This document shows positions 53,713 to 63,498 of a DNA stretch of 64,000 nucleotides, one piece after another. The DNA lies in the IMG/VR virus record IMGVR_UViG_3300046171_000241; one strand, written 5' to 3'. The notes under the pieces are model-generated. The model was not told the origin of the DNA. It saw only the letters and a program-made list of their open reading frames with translations, and searched no databases. The translations under genes were made by a program, and so were the position numbers. The DNA comes from an uncultured virus (IMG/VR IMGVR_UViG_3300046171_000241) (taxonomy: Duplodnaviria > Heunggongvirae > Uroviricota > Caudoviricetes). Within the stretch, counting starts at the first letter, position 1. Every line of letters begins with the position of its first letter.

Positions 53713-54432
53713 CTAAGCGAAAAAACTTGCCAATCCCTCCAGAAGAACTTTATTTTCCTTCTTAGTATTTGGATTCTCAAACGTGACAGTATGAGTAAGT
53801 TTTGGCATCGTCTCAAAGAAAGTTTCAATCTCCTTAAACTGAGTAGAATTCATCTGCTCAAGGAACTCTTTAATTTCTTTCTTGGTGCAATCTGCTGCTG
53901 CCCATACTTCTTCTTCACTATAGATCTTATCAACACAAGATGCAATCAGATCAAATGATTGTTCCAATTGATTCTTTTCATTAAAATCAAAGTTATTTGA
54001 AATGAACTGATCCAGTGAAGGATATTTCATTTCCATCATCAAGGTATCATCAAGTTTAATTTGACGAGTGTGATCGTCATGTTTTTTCACTTGAATCTCA
54101 TCCAATCCAATTGTGACTGGAACTTCAGTTACTCCATCATCAGGAGCAACCAAAGTAACCTCAAGTTCTTCTCCAACAGACTTTCCACGAATGTTAAGGA
54201 AGAGATACTCAATATCAAATGTAGGAAGTTGTTCTACTTTAACTCCTTTCGTTTGAATACAATTTTTCAGAACAGACTTAATTGCTGTTGTGATTTGCTT
54301 TGTATCCTCACTCTCCATTGCAAGGACAAGAAGTTTCTCTTCCTTAACTAGAAAAGGTCTGTATTGAATTGTCTGCCCAGTTGATGGCAATTCAAGATCA
54401 TACTTGGGCGTAGCAATCTTTGGTAAAGGCAT
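53713..54432 (-). CDS. gp26: baseplate hub subunit gp26
   Basis: MPLPKIATPKYDLELPSTG..YRPFLVKEEK..FDIEYLFLNIRGKSVGE. Confidence 0.92.
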   Translation of the reverse strand: MPLPKIATPKYDLELPSTGQTIQYRPFLVKEEKLLVLAMESEDTKQITTAIKSVLKNCIQTKGVKVEQLPTFDIEYLFLNIRGKSVGEELEVTLVAPDDGVTEVPVTIGLDEIQVKKHDDHTRQIKLDDTLMMEMKYPSLDQFISNNFDFNEKNQLEQSFDLIASCVDKIYSEEEVWAAADCTKKEIKEFLEQMNSTQFKEIETFFETMPKLTHTVTFENPNTKKENKVLLEGLASFFA

Positions 54433-54478
54433 AATGACCTATAGATGTATTTCAGTGTGATTATTTATTGGGGTTTTT

Positions 54479-55399
54479 TTATTCTCCGCGAGCAAAGGCT
54501 TGAAGTTCTGTATACAATTGTGAATTTGGATCAATTTTATCACCAGCCTTTGTTTCTTTGGAATAAAGTTGATCTTCTGTTCTGATAAGTCTCTGTCCAG
54601 TCGCAGGGTCAGTGTCCTGGGTAGCATTTTGTTGAACTTTAGATTCGTTCTTTTGAGCGACTGGTGGTTCCTGAGTATTTGATTGATCAGCTTCTTGAGT
54701 TGGAACTGCAGGTTGAGGTGTTGCACTTGGACCCACTAATTCAGTGATAACATATCTTAAATATGTCATGGAGACAGTACACTTCAGAAGACCCGAAGAG
54801 TCATAACTCACTGGCATCGATGCCACAGAAATCGGATACGCACCAATAAACTCATACTCTAAACTATTTTTAAAATCTCTCTCGAATTTTTTTATCTTTA
54901 GACCATCCACACATCTATATTCTTTCGGAAAATTCATTCTATAGTGATATCCAACATTCTTTAGGGTTCTATCTGAAGCATCAGCTCTAACTCCAGATTC
55001 ACCTGTCACAAATCTCATCCATCTTTCAAAAAATCTAATTGGCGTATATTTCTCTGCATCCACATAAAAGGTAAAGTCTATTCTATCATCATACATTCTT
55101 CTATGTGCATACCTCTCAGTCACACCAGTATGGTCATTGTTAATCTCAAAAGTTGCAATAGAAGAACCAGGAAGAGATGATTCGGAGCAATTAATATTTA
55201 AAGTCTTCTGACCAATTGTACCAGTACCCACAACTCCTTCTAGCAAGGTTTTAAGATTACCCGCTCCCACAGGAATCTCTACCTCAAAATGAGACGTTAA
55301 TGCTGGTTTAAGTATCTTATCTTTCAAATTAACGATGGTTGAACCATCGTTACTTTTACCGCCATAGACAACTTCAGTGGCAAGTTTTTCTGCAGGCAT
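54479..55399 (-). CDS. tail tube-related protein (gp54/gp19-like)
   Basis: CSESSLPG..RRMYDDRIDFTFYVD..FFERWM..YEFIGAYPISV..KCTVSMTY. Confidence 0.7.
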   Translation of the reverse strand: MPAEKLATEVVYGGKSNDGSTIVNLKDKILKPALTSHFEVEIPVGAGNLKTLLEGVVGTGTIGQKTLNINCSESSLPGSSIATFEINNDHTGVTERYAHRRMYDDRIDFTFYVDAEKYTPIRFFERWMRFVTGESGVRADASDRTLKNVGYHYRMNFPKEYRCVDGLKIKKFERDFKNSLEYEFIGAYPISVASMPVSYDSSGLLKCTVSMTYLRYVITELVGPSATPQPAVPTQEADQSNTQEPPVAQKNESKVQQNATQDTDPATGQRLIRTEDQLYSKETKAGDKIDPNSQLYTELQAFARGE

Positions 55400-55400
55400 T

Positions 55401-55408
55401 TATAAATA
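55401..55408 (+). promoter_or_regulatory. T4 late promoter
   Basis: Perfect TATAAATA about 20 bp upstream of gp4. Confidence 0.8.
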
Positions 55409-55430
55409 GTTTTTACTTTATATATTATGT

Positions 55431-55874
55431 ATGGCCGAAAGTATCAAGAGTAAATACAGACCGTCATTTCCTAGTAAATATAAGGGCGATCCTAACAATA
55501 TTATATGCCGAAGTAGTTGGGAACGCAAGTTCTGTCGGTGGTGTGACATGAACGAGAACATTCTTCAATGGGGTAGTGAAGAGTTTCACATTCCTTATGT
55601 TTCTCCTCTTGATCGTAGGGTTCACAAATACTATCCAGACTTTATCATAAAGGTAAAAGAAAGTACAGGTCAAATTAAGACCTATGTGATTGAAGTTAAA
55701 CCAAAGAAGCAAACAAAACCACCTGCAAGGAGACAACGAGTTACTAAGTCGTATATCTATGAGTGTAAAACATGGGAAGTAAACCAAGCAAAGTGGAAAG
55801 CAGCAGTTGAATTTTGTGAAGATAGAAGGATTGAGTTTAAGATTATCACAGAAGACGAACTAGGTATCAAATGA
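55431..55874 (+). CDS. gp4: head completion nuclease gp4
   Basis: KYKGDPNNIICRSSWE..WGSEE..YYPDF..IEVKPKKQT..NQAKWKAA. Confidence 0.93.
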   Translation: MAESIKSKYRPSFPSKYKGDPNNIICRSSWERKFCRWCDMNENILQWGSEEFHIPYVSPLDRRVHKYYPDFIIKVKESTGQIKTYVIEVKPKKQTKPPARRQRVTKSYIYECKTWEVNQAKWKAAVEFCEDRRIEFKIITEDELGIK

Positions 55875-56221
55875 ACCGCATAGAACCTGTTATTGACGAT
55901 CTTAAATCCGAGAAAGATATCGGAGAAAGAATGGAACTAATAATGTATGCACTGAATGATACTGTAACACCCATACCCGAAGAAGGAAATATATGTACCT
56001 TCAAATATTTTGCAAAGACACCTAAATTAGAATATGATCAACACCCATTAGTTGCAGTAAGTGATATATTTCCATGGGGATTTCGTGGAATTAACTTTCA
56101 TCTCAGAGATTATAGACAATATACCTGGCAAGAACTAGGAACTCAGGTTTATGTTGTCCAACAAGAAGAACTTGATGACCTTATGTCACTAAACTATAAG
56201 AAAATAGTGCTAAATAAGTAA
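55871..56221 (+). CDS. DNA end protector gp2-like protein
   Basis: F.Y.AKT..YDQHPLV..GFRGINFH resembles the gp2 core; adjacent to gp4. Confidence 0.6.
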   Translation: MNRIEPVIDDLKSEKDIGERMELIMYALNDTVTPIPEEGNICTFKYFAKTPKLEYDQHPLVAVSDIFPWGFRGINFHLRDYRQYTWQELGTQVYVVQQEELDDLMSLNYKKIVLNK

Positions 56222-56235
56222 AAAGATAGTCTGTA

Positions 56236-57632
56236 ATGGCATCAGCAACTAGCGAAGTAGCTTCAGTAAAAACACAAGAAAGTGGTGCCTTTGGTTCCAA
56301 AAGAGATGTAAATAATTTTTATAAAACAGAGGTTACTAGTCTTGCTGATGGTACTCAAAAAAGAGAGACATATAGAACTGATGCTCAGGGAAATAATGCT
56401 GTAAGAATTCAAGAAGTAACAGTTAAGGATGGAAAAGAAGTAAGTAATACTATTTCATCTACTGCATCAGCAGGTGAAAAGGAAGCATTAAATAATCCAG
56501 ACTCGCAATTGAGTGGTTCAATAAAACAGCAAACTAAAAATGCTGGAGATATAGTTCAAAAAAATGAAGCAGATGCTGCTGCAGGTGGACTTACAGATAT
56601 TGGTAAAAAAAATCAAGAAGTACTTGGTGGTGGTTCGGGCAATGATGCAGAAAATGATAATGATGCAGCTGCAACCAAATCAGCACCTGGTTTACCGACT
56701 GAAGACTCAGTAGATGGAACTAGAACAAAATTCCCAACCATAGTTCATCCTACAGGTTTAGGTAAATCTAAGCAAGATGTTATTAGGTTTGATATGATGG
56801 AATATCAACCTCAAGATTTTGCAGCAACAGGTCAATTTGGATTTACCAGTGGTCGCGTTGGTAGTCGCGAAAGGTCAATTGGGTCAGTAACTCTTCCAAT
56901 CCCATCAGGAATTTCCGATCAAAGTTCAGTTGAATGGGGATCAAGTTCAATGACTGCTATAGATGCTGCAAAAGCAATGGTAGCAACAACCGCAATGCGG
57001 GCAGCTTTTAAATAAACCCGCAAGCGCAATAACTGAAGCGGCAAAAGGAGTGGGAGATGGCATAGGAAGTCTCATGAAAACAGTCAAAGCAAATGATCAA
57101 GGCTGCTGGCACAGCAATTGCCAATAGTTTTGCTGCTGCCGCTGCAGGTGTAGATGGTCAGTCACTATTATCAAGGACAACTGGTCAAGTTTTGAATCCT
57201 AATATGGAACTTTTATTTAAAGGTCCAACACTAAGACCATTTCAATTTACATTCACATTAGCTCCTAGAGATGAAGATGAAGCAAAAAGTGTAATATCTA
57301 TAATACGATTTTTTAAACAGGGAATGGCACCAATTAGAAGTCAATCAAACTTATTCTTAAAATCACCACATACTTTTCAACTTCGTTACCTACATAGAGG
57401 TGAGGAAGGAGATGGTGGAACTGGTTTACATTTTAAACTGAATGCATTTAAAGAGTGTGCTCTTCAAACTGTTGGAGTTAACTATACCCCAACAGGAAAT
57501 TATGCAACATATCAAGATGGTACGATGGTAGCATATGAATTAACTTTAGGATTTAGTGAACTGGAACCAATATATAATGATGATTTTGGTATGGGTGGCG
57601 GATCAGAACTAGACGACGCAATAGGTTTCTAA
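56236..57632 (+). CDS. gp48: baseplate tail tube cap gp48 (frameshifts at 57000-57090)
   Basis: VTLPIPSGISD..W, then NPNMELLFKGPTLRPFQFTF..IIRFFK..LTLGFSELEPIY. Confidence 0.85.
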
Positions 57633-57633
57633 A

Positions 57634-58299
57634 ATGTCAAATTACTTTAGTCAATTACCGGATTTCGAATATGTCAGCAGACTTCCTGATTCCAGGATAT
57701 CTGATTACATTACAGTAAAAAATATTTTCATGAGAGGAAAACTCAGAGAAGATATTTTCCAAAATGCATCAGTTTTTACAAAATATAAAGTTAAAGGTAA
57801 TGATAGACCAGATAATGTTGCATTTGAAGTTTATGGGGATGCCAATTTAGATTGGTTAGTGTTGACATGCAATAATATTTTGAATGTATATGAAGAATGG
57901 CCTATGACACAAATTAATTTTGAGAATTATTTACTAGAAAAATATGAAACCTATGATAATATCAATGCAGCACATCATTATGAAACAACCGAAGTCAAAA
58001 ATTCTTCAGGTGTTGTAATTGTTCCTGCTGGATTAGAAGTTGATTCAAATTATTCAATATCATTTTACGATAGTGTCACTGAGGGGATGACAATAGTATC
58101 ATCTCCAGTTATAGAAGTAACGAATTATATGTATGAAGAACGACTTCAAGATGATAGAAGAAATATTTTTATCTTAAAACAAAGATTCCTAAACGTAGTC
58201 AAAGATGACTTAGAAGAAATGATGGAATACAAAAAAGGTTCCACTCAATACATGAATGGAACCCTTAAGCGTGCTGATAATATCAGACTATTTCAGTAG
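57634..58299 (+). CDS. gp53: baseplate wedge subunit gp53
   Basis: YFSQLPDFEY..DRPDNVA..YGD..DWLVL..N..EWP..HHYET. Confidence 0.92.
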   Translation: MSNYFSQLPDFEYVSRLPDSRISDYITVKNIFMRGKLREDIFQNASVFTKYKVKGNDRPDNVAFEVYGDANLDWLVLTCNNILNVYEEWPMTQINFENYLLEKYETYDNINAAHHYETTEVKNSSGVVIVPAGLEVDSNYSISFYDSVTEGMTIVSSPVIEVTNYMYEERLQDDRRNIFILKQRFLNVVKDDLEEMMEYKKGSTQYMNGTLKRADNIRLFQ

Positions 58300-58353
58300 A
58301 TTAATATATGCTGCGATAACCAATAAGGTTAAGCACAACTGATTATATCTCAT
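58288..58353 (-). CDS. candidate 21-aa hydrophobic microprotein
   Basis: MRYNQLCLTLLVIAAYINLLK; ATG overlaps the gp32 stop (TGATG). Confidence 0.4.
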   Translation of the reverse strand: MRYNQLCLTLLVIAAYINLLK

Positions 58354-59279
58354 CACTCTTCAGCAAGTTTCTGGAAGTAGGACAGAGCATCATCTTCATC
58401 AGAGTCAGCAGACTTTGTTGGAGTGATGTCAGGTGCATTGAAGTCTGCCGCAGGAGCACTCTTTGCTGCCCAGTCAGGAGCAAAGTTACCGCGAGAGTTG
58501 TCTTCGTTGTCAGTCTCTTCATCATAACGAGCAGGTGCAGACTTCTGACCCAGAACCATCTTCAAACGTGTTTGTAGTTGTTCATAGGACTTGAATTGAT
58601 CTGCTGCAACAAGTGATGCAAGAGAGTATTGCTTGGTCCACAACGCTTCTAGTGCATCATCATCATCTAGAAGTGGTGAAACTTTATCAAACTCAGATGA
58701 ATCATAGTTCCAGTAACCTGCAACTTTCTTCAGTTTCAGTTTGAAGTTAGCACCCTGCCAGAAGTCAAAGGGATTGATTGGAGTCTCATCCTCAAACTCA
58801 GGTTGCATTGCTTCCATAACCTTATCAAAGATCTTCTTACCAAACTTATACAGGAAGACACGACCTTCATTCTGAGGGTTAGCCTTGTCCTGCACAACAT
58901 AAATGTTGGCATAGTAAGAGAGTTTGCGTTTCTGCTTACGGACAGTATCTTTATCTGCTTCGTTACCGCTGTTCCATAGTTCGCGGTTGTACTCAGACAC
59001 AGGGTCTTTACCACCAGTTGTGGTCAAAGAGTTTTCGATGTACCATCCACCAGGACCCTGGAAGGCATGGGAATACATCTTTGCCCATGGGAGTTCTTCA
59101 CCATTAGGTGCGGGCAGGAAACGGATGACGGCATAACCATTGCCGGTCTTATCCATTTCGGGTTTCCAGAGACGCTCATCAGCACCACCAGAAGTATTGT
59201 TCATCTTCTCAACTTCCTTAACCAGTTTAGATGTAAGGGAACCAAGAGAAGATTGCTTTTTAAGATTTGCGAAAGACAT
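58353..59279 (-). CDS. gp32: single-stranded DNA-binding protein gp32
   Basis: DKTGNGYAVIRFLP..HAFQGPGGWYIENSLTT..GANFKLK..NYDSSEF, acidic tail. Confidence 0.97.
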   Translation of the reverse strand: MSFANLKKQSSLGSLTSKLVKEVEKMNNTSGGADERLWKPEMDKTGNGYAVIRFLPAPNGEELPWAKMYSHAFQGPGGWYIENSLTTTGGKDPVSEYNRELWNSGNEADKDTVRKQKRKLSYYANIYVVQDKANPQNEGRVFLYKFGKKIFDKVMEAMQPEFEDETPINPFDFWQGANFKLKLKKVAGYWNYDSSEFDKVSPLLDDDDALEALWTKQYSLASLVAADQFKSYEQLQTRLKMVLGQKSAPARYDEETDNEDNSRGNFAPDWAAKSAPAADFNAPDITPTKSADSDEDDALSYFQKLAEE

Positions 59280-59323
59280 AGGATTCTTTAGATTTTTTGG
59301 ATTTGGTCTGTGTGTACTTCGTT

Positions 59324-59352
59324 ATTCTAGACGAGTCAATCGTCTTTGTCAA
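59324..59352 (-). promoter_or_regulatory. sigma70-type promoter of gp32
   Basis: TTGACA-17 bp-TAGAAT. Confidence 0.75.
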
Positions 59353-59671
59353 TCTGCTTCTTCATAACATCAAGCATTCTACTCATGTTATTGAAAACAG
59401 AATTCATATCAGTGTTGGGAGAAAGTCCCATCATTGCAGCAGAGTCAAGAATGTTCTGCTTCATTTTTTTAGCTTCAGGATCGTCAGATAAACTCAAACG
59501 AGTATAAAGAACTTTTTGTTTTTCAATAAGTCTTTCTAGAAGTGCTACATGAAAAAGTTGTTCCTGACTGGTCATCTTAGGAAAATTAAAAACATTACGA
59601 TATACATCATCTTGCAACTCACTTATTTCCGTCATTTCTGCACGGACAACATCAGAATCAAAAAAACTCAT
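59336..59671 (-). CDS. conserved cyanophage protein (DUF1825-like)
   Basis: FFDSDVVRAE..L.EKQKV.YTRLSLSDDPEA. Confidence 0.75.
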   Translation of the reverse strand: MSFFDSDVVRAEMTEISELQDDVYRNVFNFPKMTSQEQLFHVALLERLIEKQKVLYTRLSLSDDPEAKKMKQNILDSAAMMGLSPNTDMNSVFNNMSRMLDVMKKQIDKDD

Positions 59672-60261
59672 TTTCTTAATACAACCTCTTTAACAATTTT
59701 TTTGTAACGGAATACATCAATATTTAGGAATGGAGAATACTTTTTCATTCGAAGACTTACGGTTTCCCAGACAGGATCTTTTAGATCTTTATCCCACTTG
59801 GTCCTGAATCCAAGTATCTTATCAAGGATAACCATAGTCTCAATTGATATATTCTCTCTTAGATATTCTTTTAAGATTAGTGGGTGACCTTTTTGACTTG
59901 AGAATGCAGAGTCTATCTTATTTTCAATCAAAATAGATTCTACTTCCTCTTTAAAGATATATGATAATGATTGATTCCTTTTCTTCCATGCAGTATACCG
60001 ACCTTCTCCTTCTCGAATCATCTCTCCGATCCAGAGTTTACTTGGGTCAGTGCAAGTAATAAAGTTAGATATAAAGAATTCGATTACTTCTTTATCGTCC
60101 TTGCCTCTAGCAAGTTTCTCAAACCAGAAGCGATCTTTTCGTTTATAAAAAGACTGGACAGTCGCACGACTCTTCCCACAATACTTGTGATAGTCATACT
60201 TATCTTTCGTAAAGTGATTCTTTAACGAAAGGTATTGCTTATAGGCATCAAAGGGCATCAT
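59668..60261 (-). CDS. gp59: helicase loader gp59-like
   Basis: YLSLKNHFT..YDYHKY.GK..SF.KRKDRFWFEKL..ISIET..KKYSPFL. Confidence 0.88.
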   Translation of the reverse strand: MMPFDAYKQYLSLKNHFTKDKYDYHKYCGKSRATVQSFYKRKDRFWFEKLARGKDDKEVIEFFISNFITCTDPSKLWIGEMIREGEGRYTAWKKRNQSLSYIFKEEVESILIENKIDSAFSSQKGHPLILKEYLRENISIETMVILDKILGFRTKWDKDLKDPVWETVSLRMKKYSPFLNIDVFRYKKIVKEVVLRK

Positions 60262-60262
60262 G

Positions 60263-60301
60263 AAAAAAGTAATAGGGTCAAATTTTTGCCGGAATTTTTT
60301 T
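60263..60301. repeat. A-tract-rich intergenic element, copy 2
   Basis: Matches 34067-34105. Confidence 0.65.
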
Positions 60302-60316
60302 CAGGCAAAAATGAAA

Positions 60317-60575
60317 TTAAATCGGTAGTTTTGCTCTAGAACTTCTCTTCAGGAAATTTAGTTCTTGAGCCTCACATTTAACCTTTTCTTTTAAAGGTTT
60401 AGTAATTAACTTGGGAACAAATTCTACGTCAATACCATTCTTCTCACAGAAATGAATGATAGCATCAATGTATGATATGCTTTTAGTTTCTTGAACAAGA
60501 GTTTCAATCTCTTGCGTGAATCGAGCAGGACAAAAGAACTTTACTCTCTAGTGCTTTTTCTAGTTCATTACCCAT
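60317..60575 (-). CDS. gp33: late transcription coactivator gp33 (missed by ORF track; one extra base near 60540)
   Basis: MGNELEKALESK then FFCPARFTQEIETLV..SYIDAIIHFCEKNGIDVE.VPKLITKPLKEKVKCEAQELNFLKRSSRAKLPI. Confidence 0.9.
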
Positions 60576-61248
60576 CCTCTGACCCAGTATTGTGATGTAC
60601 AAATTCTTTAATGTATCTAACTAATAACTTAATATAATCCCCTTTGTTTCTTTTGTCAAATACCTCTACTTCACCACCTGGTGTAACCATAATGGTGATG
60701 AGTTTTTTGACGGGGATACCAGTTAGTTCATAATATGCAGCAGCATAAAAAGTTTCTTGAACGAAATAGTTTTCTAACCATTTCTCAGGTTTAATTTTTT
60801 CAGAAGTTTTAAAGTCAATGACTGCAAGTTCTCCTTCATATTCAGCAATGCAGTCAACCCTACCAGCTAAACCAAGATACTCTGAGTACAGAGTTCTTTC
60901 GATAGCGTGTACGTTATTTATCTTATCCAAATATGGTTTAGCATGATGAAACATAAACTTTGTAAGAGGACGAAAGTCATCCCAGTTTATTTCATTGTTC
61001 CGCATGTATACTTCAACTGCTTCATGGAAATCCGTACCACGGGTAGTTGCTCTTTTAGTAATGCGATTTGCTTCTTCAACACCAACTCTCTTACGCCACT
61101 TAACAAAAATTTGTCGGTTATAAAAAGAAGTTACAGACGTAATAGAAGGCACCCAGTCTCCATTAGGTAAGTTATAGAGACGGATGCCAGTTGTTTCTTT
61201 CTTGTTTAGTTCAAGGTCACCGAGATAATTACAATGCTCAAAAATCAT
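60568..61248 (-). CDS. PD-(D/E)XK exonuclease
   Basis: PSITSV..RGTDFH..GLAGRVDCIAEY.GELAVIDFKTS..YFVQ..YA. Confidence 0.88.
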   Translation of the reverse strand: MIFEHCNYLGDLELNKKETTGIRLYNLPNGDWVPSITSVTSFYNRQIFVKWRKRVGVEEANRITKRATTRGTDFHEAVEVYMRNNEINWDDFRPLTKFMFHHAKPYLDKINNVHAIERTLYSEYLGLAGRVDCIAEYEGELAVIDFKTSEKIKPEKWLENYFVQETFYAAAYYELTGIPVKKLITIMVTPGGEVEVFDKRNKGDYIKLLVRYIKEFVHHNTGSEDG

Positions 61249-61998
61249 AAATTCAAATCCATTTTTGCAACTAAGTATTCTTTACACAGACCAGATCTAA
61301 CAATATCCTCAACACCAAATTCAATGATATCCATCGATGGCATTGTTCTAAGGATTCTCATGAAATCTGAGATACCATTCTTCTCTGTGGTTTTAATGAG
61401 GTCAGATTGTGTTGCGTCTCCACAGAACATAATCTTACTATTTTCACCAATCCTTGTAATTATACTATCAAGTTCGTGAAAATTCAAGTTCTGAAATTCA
61501 TCAACAATGATGATTGCATTATCAAGAGTTGTACCACGAATAAAAGATGTACTCCAAAAACTTACAGTTCCTTGAGCTTTTGAGATTTGCATAGAGCATC
61601 TCAAAATCTGCTTCTGTAGGTAACTCAAACATATACTTCACCATATTTTTATATGGAATTTGGTATAAGGATGACTTATCCTCATGGTCTCCAGGTAAGA
61701 ATCCAATCTCTCTGGTTGCTACAAGCGACCTGACAATGTAGATTTTCTCATAAGGAGTCTTCGGGTCAAGGACATCTTTAAGGGCATTGTAGAACGTTAT
61801 AAACGTCTTACCTGTACCTGCTGCACCGTAAGCAACGATATTTTGATCGTTTTTGTAGCAGCGAAAAAGTTCATTTTGATTTTCTGTTAACGGTTCGATG
61901 GGTTTCATCAAATCCGTATTGATTGGTTTCTTTCTTTTCATTTGTCTATTGGACATTCCAAATGGAACGGGAGTTTGGTTCTTCCTTTTTGTGGGCAT
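61245..61998 (-). CDS. phoH: PhoH-family ATPase (frameshift near 61580)
   Basis: GAAGTGKT, REIGFLPG, SFIRGTTLDNAIIIVDEFQN, GDATQSDL, DIVRSGL. Confidence 0.95.
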
Positions 61999-62006
61999 AG
62001 AAAAGA

Positions 62007-62255
62007 TTAAATAGGGCGAACATAGGAACCTGGAGCTTTTGATGCTTTATGCAAAACATCATTCCATCCTGGATGGGATCTTTTAAGTTTATCCTTAAAG
62101 TCTCCCACCTCCCCGTGACCGGGAAGGGTAGATGGATCGCTCCAGTCCCTTGTCCAGTCAGGGTTCTCTTTACACCATTCATTCCATTCATGAATACTCA
62201 TCTTGACTTCTTTTTGTTCGCCAGACTCTCTATTAATAACGGGATATGTTGCCAT
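62007..62255 (-). CDS. conserved hypothetical protein
   Basis: MATYPVIN..GEQKEV..GWNDVL.K..KAPGS. Confidence 0.75.
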   Translation of the reverse strand: MATYPVINRESGEQKEVKMSIHEWNEWCKENPDWTRDWSDPSTLPGHGEVGDFKDKLKRSHPGWNDVLHKASKAPGSYVRPI

Positions 62256-62274
62256 AAATCACCTATTCGTATTT

Positions 62275-62922
62275 TTATTTATTCCATTCCATTGCTTCCG
62301 CAACGGCAGGGAATTGTTCGCAGAAGATTTCTTTAGCACCTAATGCAAGATCCATATGTTCCTTCTGTGTACCGTTTGCAGAACGCAAATCGATATAATG
62401 GATCCATGACCGAACTGAGCCAGTCATGTAAATTTTTGTGGGACATGCCAAAGGAAGCACAAAACGAGCACACTCCTTTGCAATCGACGCATCAAGCATC
62501 TCTTTGTAGAGATTCATTCCCTCTTCAAAGTGTTTTTGCATTTTGATTTGGAAGTCTTGTCGGGTAAACGCATCAATATCATCAATAGAATTTTGACGAT
62601 TCTTGGTGTCTTGTCTGCGTAGTTCAGGTAGAGGGATCGTCTCCGCGAGTAAGGAAGAATCAGCATAGCGTTGTGAAAATTCTTGATATGTAAATGAACG
62701 ATGTCGAAGCACTTGAGCTGCAATTCCTCTAGTAGTATTCAACTCCAGAGTCATATATGCTTGCTCAAAGATACTCCAGTGCTGATGCTTCACACAATAC
62801 TTGAGTAGACCAGAGAACTTTTCATTCTCTTGGTTGTTGGGATTAGACACACGGGCACAGTATGCCATGTGCTTCTCTGCATCAGGAGTTGCGCTGATTA
62901 GTTTTACGTTGTTCTCGTTCAT
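62275..62922 (-). CDS. thyX: FAD-dependent thymidylate synthase
   Basis: HWSIFEQ, QVLRHRSFTYQEFSQRY, AKECARFVLP. Confidence 0.97.
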   Translation of the reverse strand: MNENNVKLISATPDAEKHMAYCARVSNPNNQENEKFSGLLKYCVKHQHWSIFEQAYMTLELNTTRGIAAQVLRHRSFTYQEFSQRYADSSLLAETIPLPELRRQDTKNRQNSIDDIDAFTRQDFQIKMQKHFEEGMNLYKEMLDASIAKECARFVLPLACPTKIYMTGSVRSWIHYIDLRSANGTQKEHMDLALGAKEIFCEQFPAVAEAMEWNK

Positions 62923-63073
62923 CAAGTGTCTCGTTAATAATGTCTTTTAGTTCTTGTCTTTCTAAATCAGTAAAGACATTTCGTTTTGGTATCACCAGTG
63001 GTGGATATGATTTCTTTGATTTTGATTTACCACTACCAGGAAAACTCATCCCTTGTGTATCTATCTTATCCAT
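62882..63073 (-). CDS. hypothetical protein
   Basis: MDKIDTQGMSFPG..ELKDIINETLDER; overlaps the thyX start region. Confidence 0.55.
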   Translation of the reverse strand: MDKIDTQGMSFPGSGKSKSKKSYPPLVIPKRNVFTDLERQELKDIINETLDEREQRKTNQRNS

Positions 63074-63242
63074 CGTCGTCCTCAAAAACTTCGTCATAAT
63101 CTAATATGTAGTTGGAAGCAGGATCATCAAAATTTTCTTGCTTGGTCGTGTATACATCTACATCAGAGTATACCTCAGACTCTAGAGCATCAACCAGCAG
63201 TTTTAGATTCTTTACTATCAGTTTTAGTTTATCTCTTTCCAT
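63066..63242 (-). CDS. small acidic hypothetical protein
   Basis: Manual translation MERDKLKLIVKNLKLLVDALESEVYSDVDVY..DYDEVFEDDDG. Confidence 0.7.
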   Translation of the reverse strand: MERDKLKLIVKNLKLLVDALESEVYSDVDVYTTKQENFDDPASNYILDYDEVFEDDDG

Positions 63243-63267
63243 AAAAAATGGGAGGTTTCCCTCCCAT
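63243..63267 (-). terminator. intrinsic terminator after DUF4278-like gene
   Basis: ATGGGAGG-gaaa-CCTCCCAT followed by a T run. Confidence 0.85.
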
Positions 63268-63294
63268 CATAACACTATTTAATCGGTTTGACAA

Positions 63295-63462
63295 TCACTT
63301 AGTGTAAGTGCGTCCACGATAGCAGAAAGTCCCGTGAGACTCTTTGCTTTCTACACAACGAGTAGAATACTCAACACCACGGTATGAGGTGTGAGAGATC
63401 TGTGCGTCATGAACAGCAGATGCTTTGTTGATCTGCTTCTTGATGATGTTAAGTGTGTTCAT
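63295..63462 (-). CDS. DUF4278-like (IF17 N-terminal-like) small protein
   Basis: 55 aa with two YRG motifs (SYRGVEY, CYRGRTY); AGGAG RBS at 63471-63475. Confidence 0.75.
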   Translation of the reverse strand: MNTLNIIKKQINKASAVHDAQISHTSYRGVEYSTRCVESKESHGTFCYRGRTYTK

Positions 63463-63498
63463 TGTAGGTACTCCTAAAGTAGTAGAGGGTTTTACTCC

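Noticed and set aside
60568..61248. Cas4 or defence nuclease
   Set aside because: No Fe-S cysteine set; it sits in the usual core position between phoH and gp33.
4469..61998. More than 20 frameshifts as pseudogenes or programmed frameshifts
   Set aside because: They hit essential genes (gp33, gp5, gp48) as well as phoH, are mostly single-base indels in or near homopolymers, and cluster in patches (30-33 kb, 35 kb, 48 kb, 57 kb). Long-read error is the simplest explanation; read polishing would confirm it.
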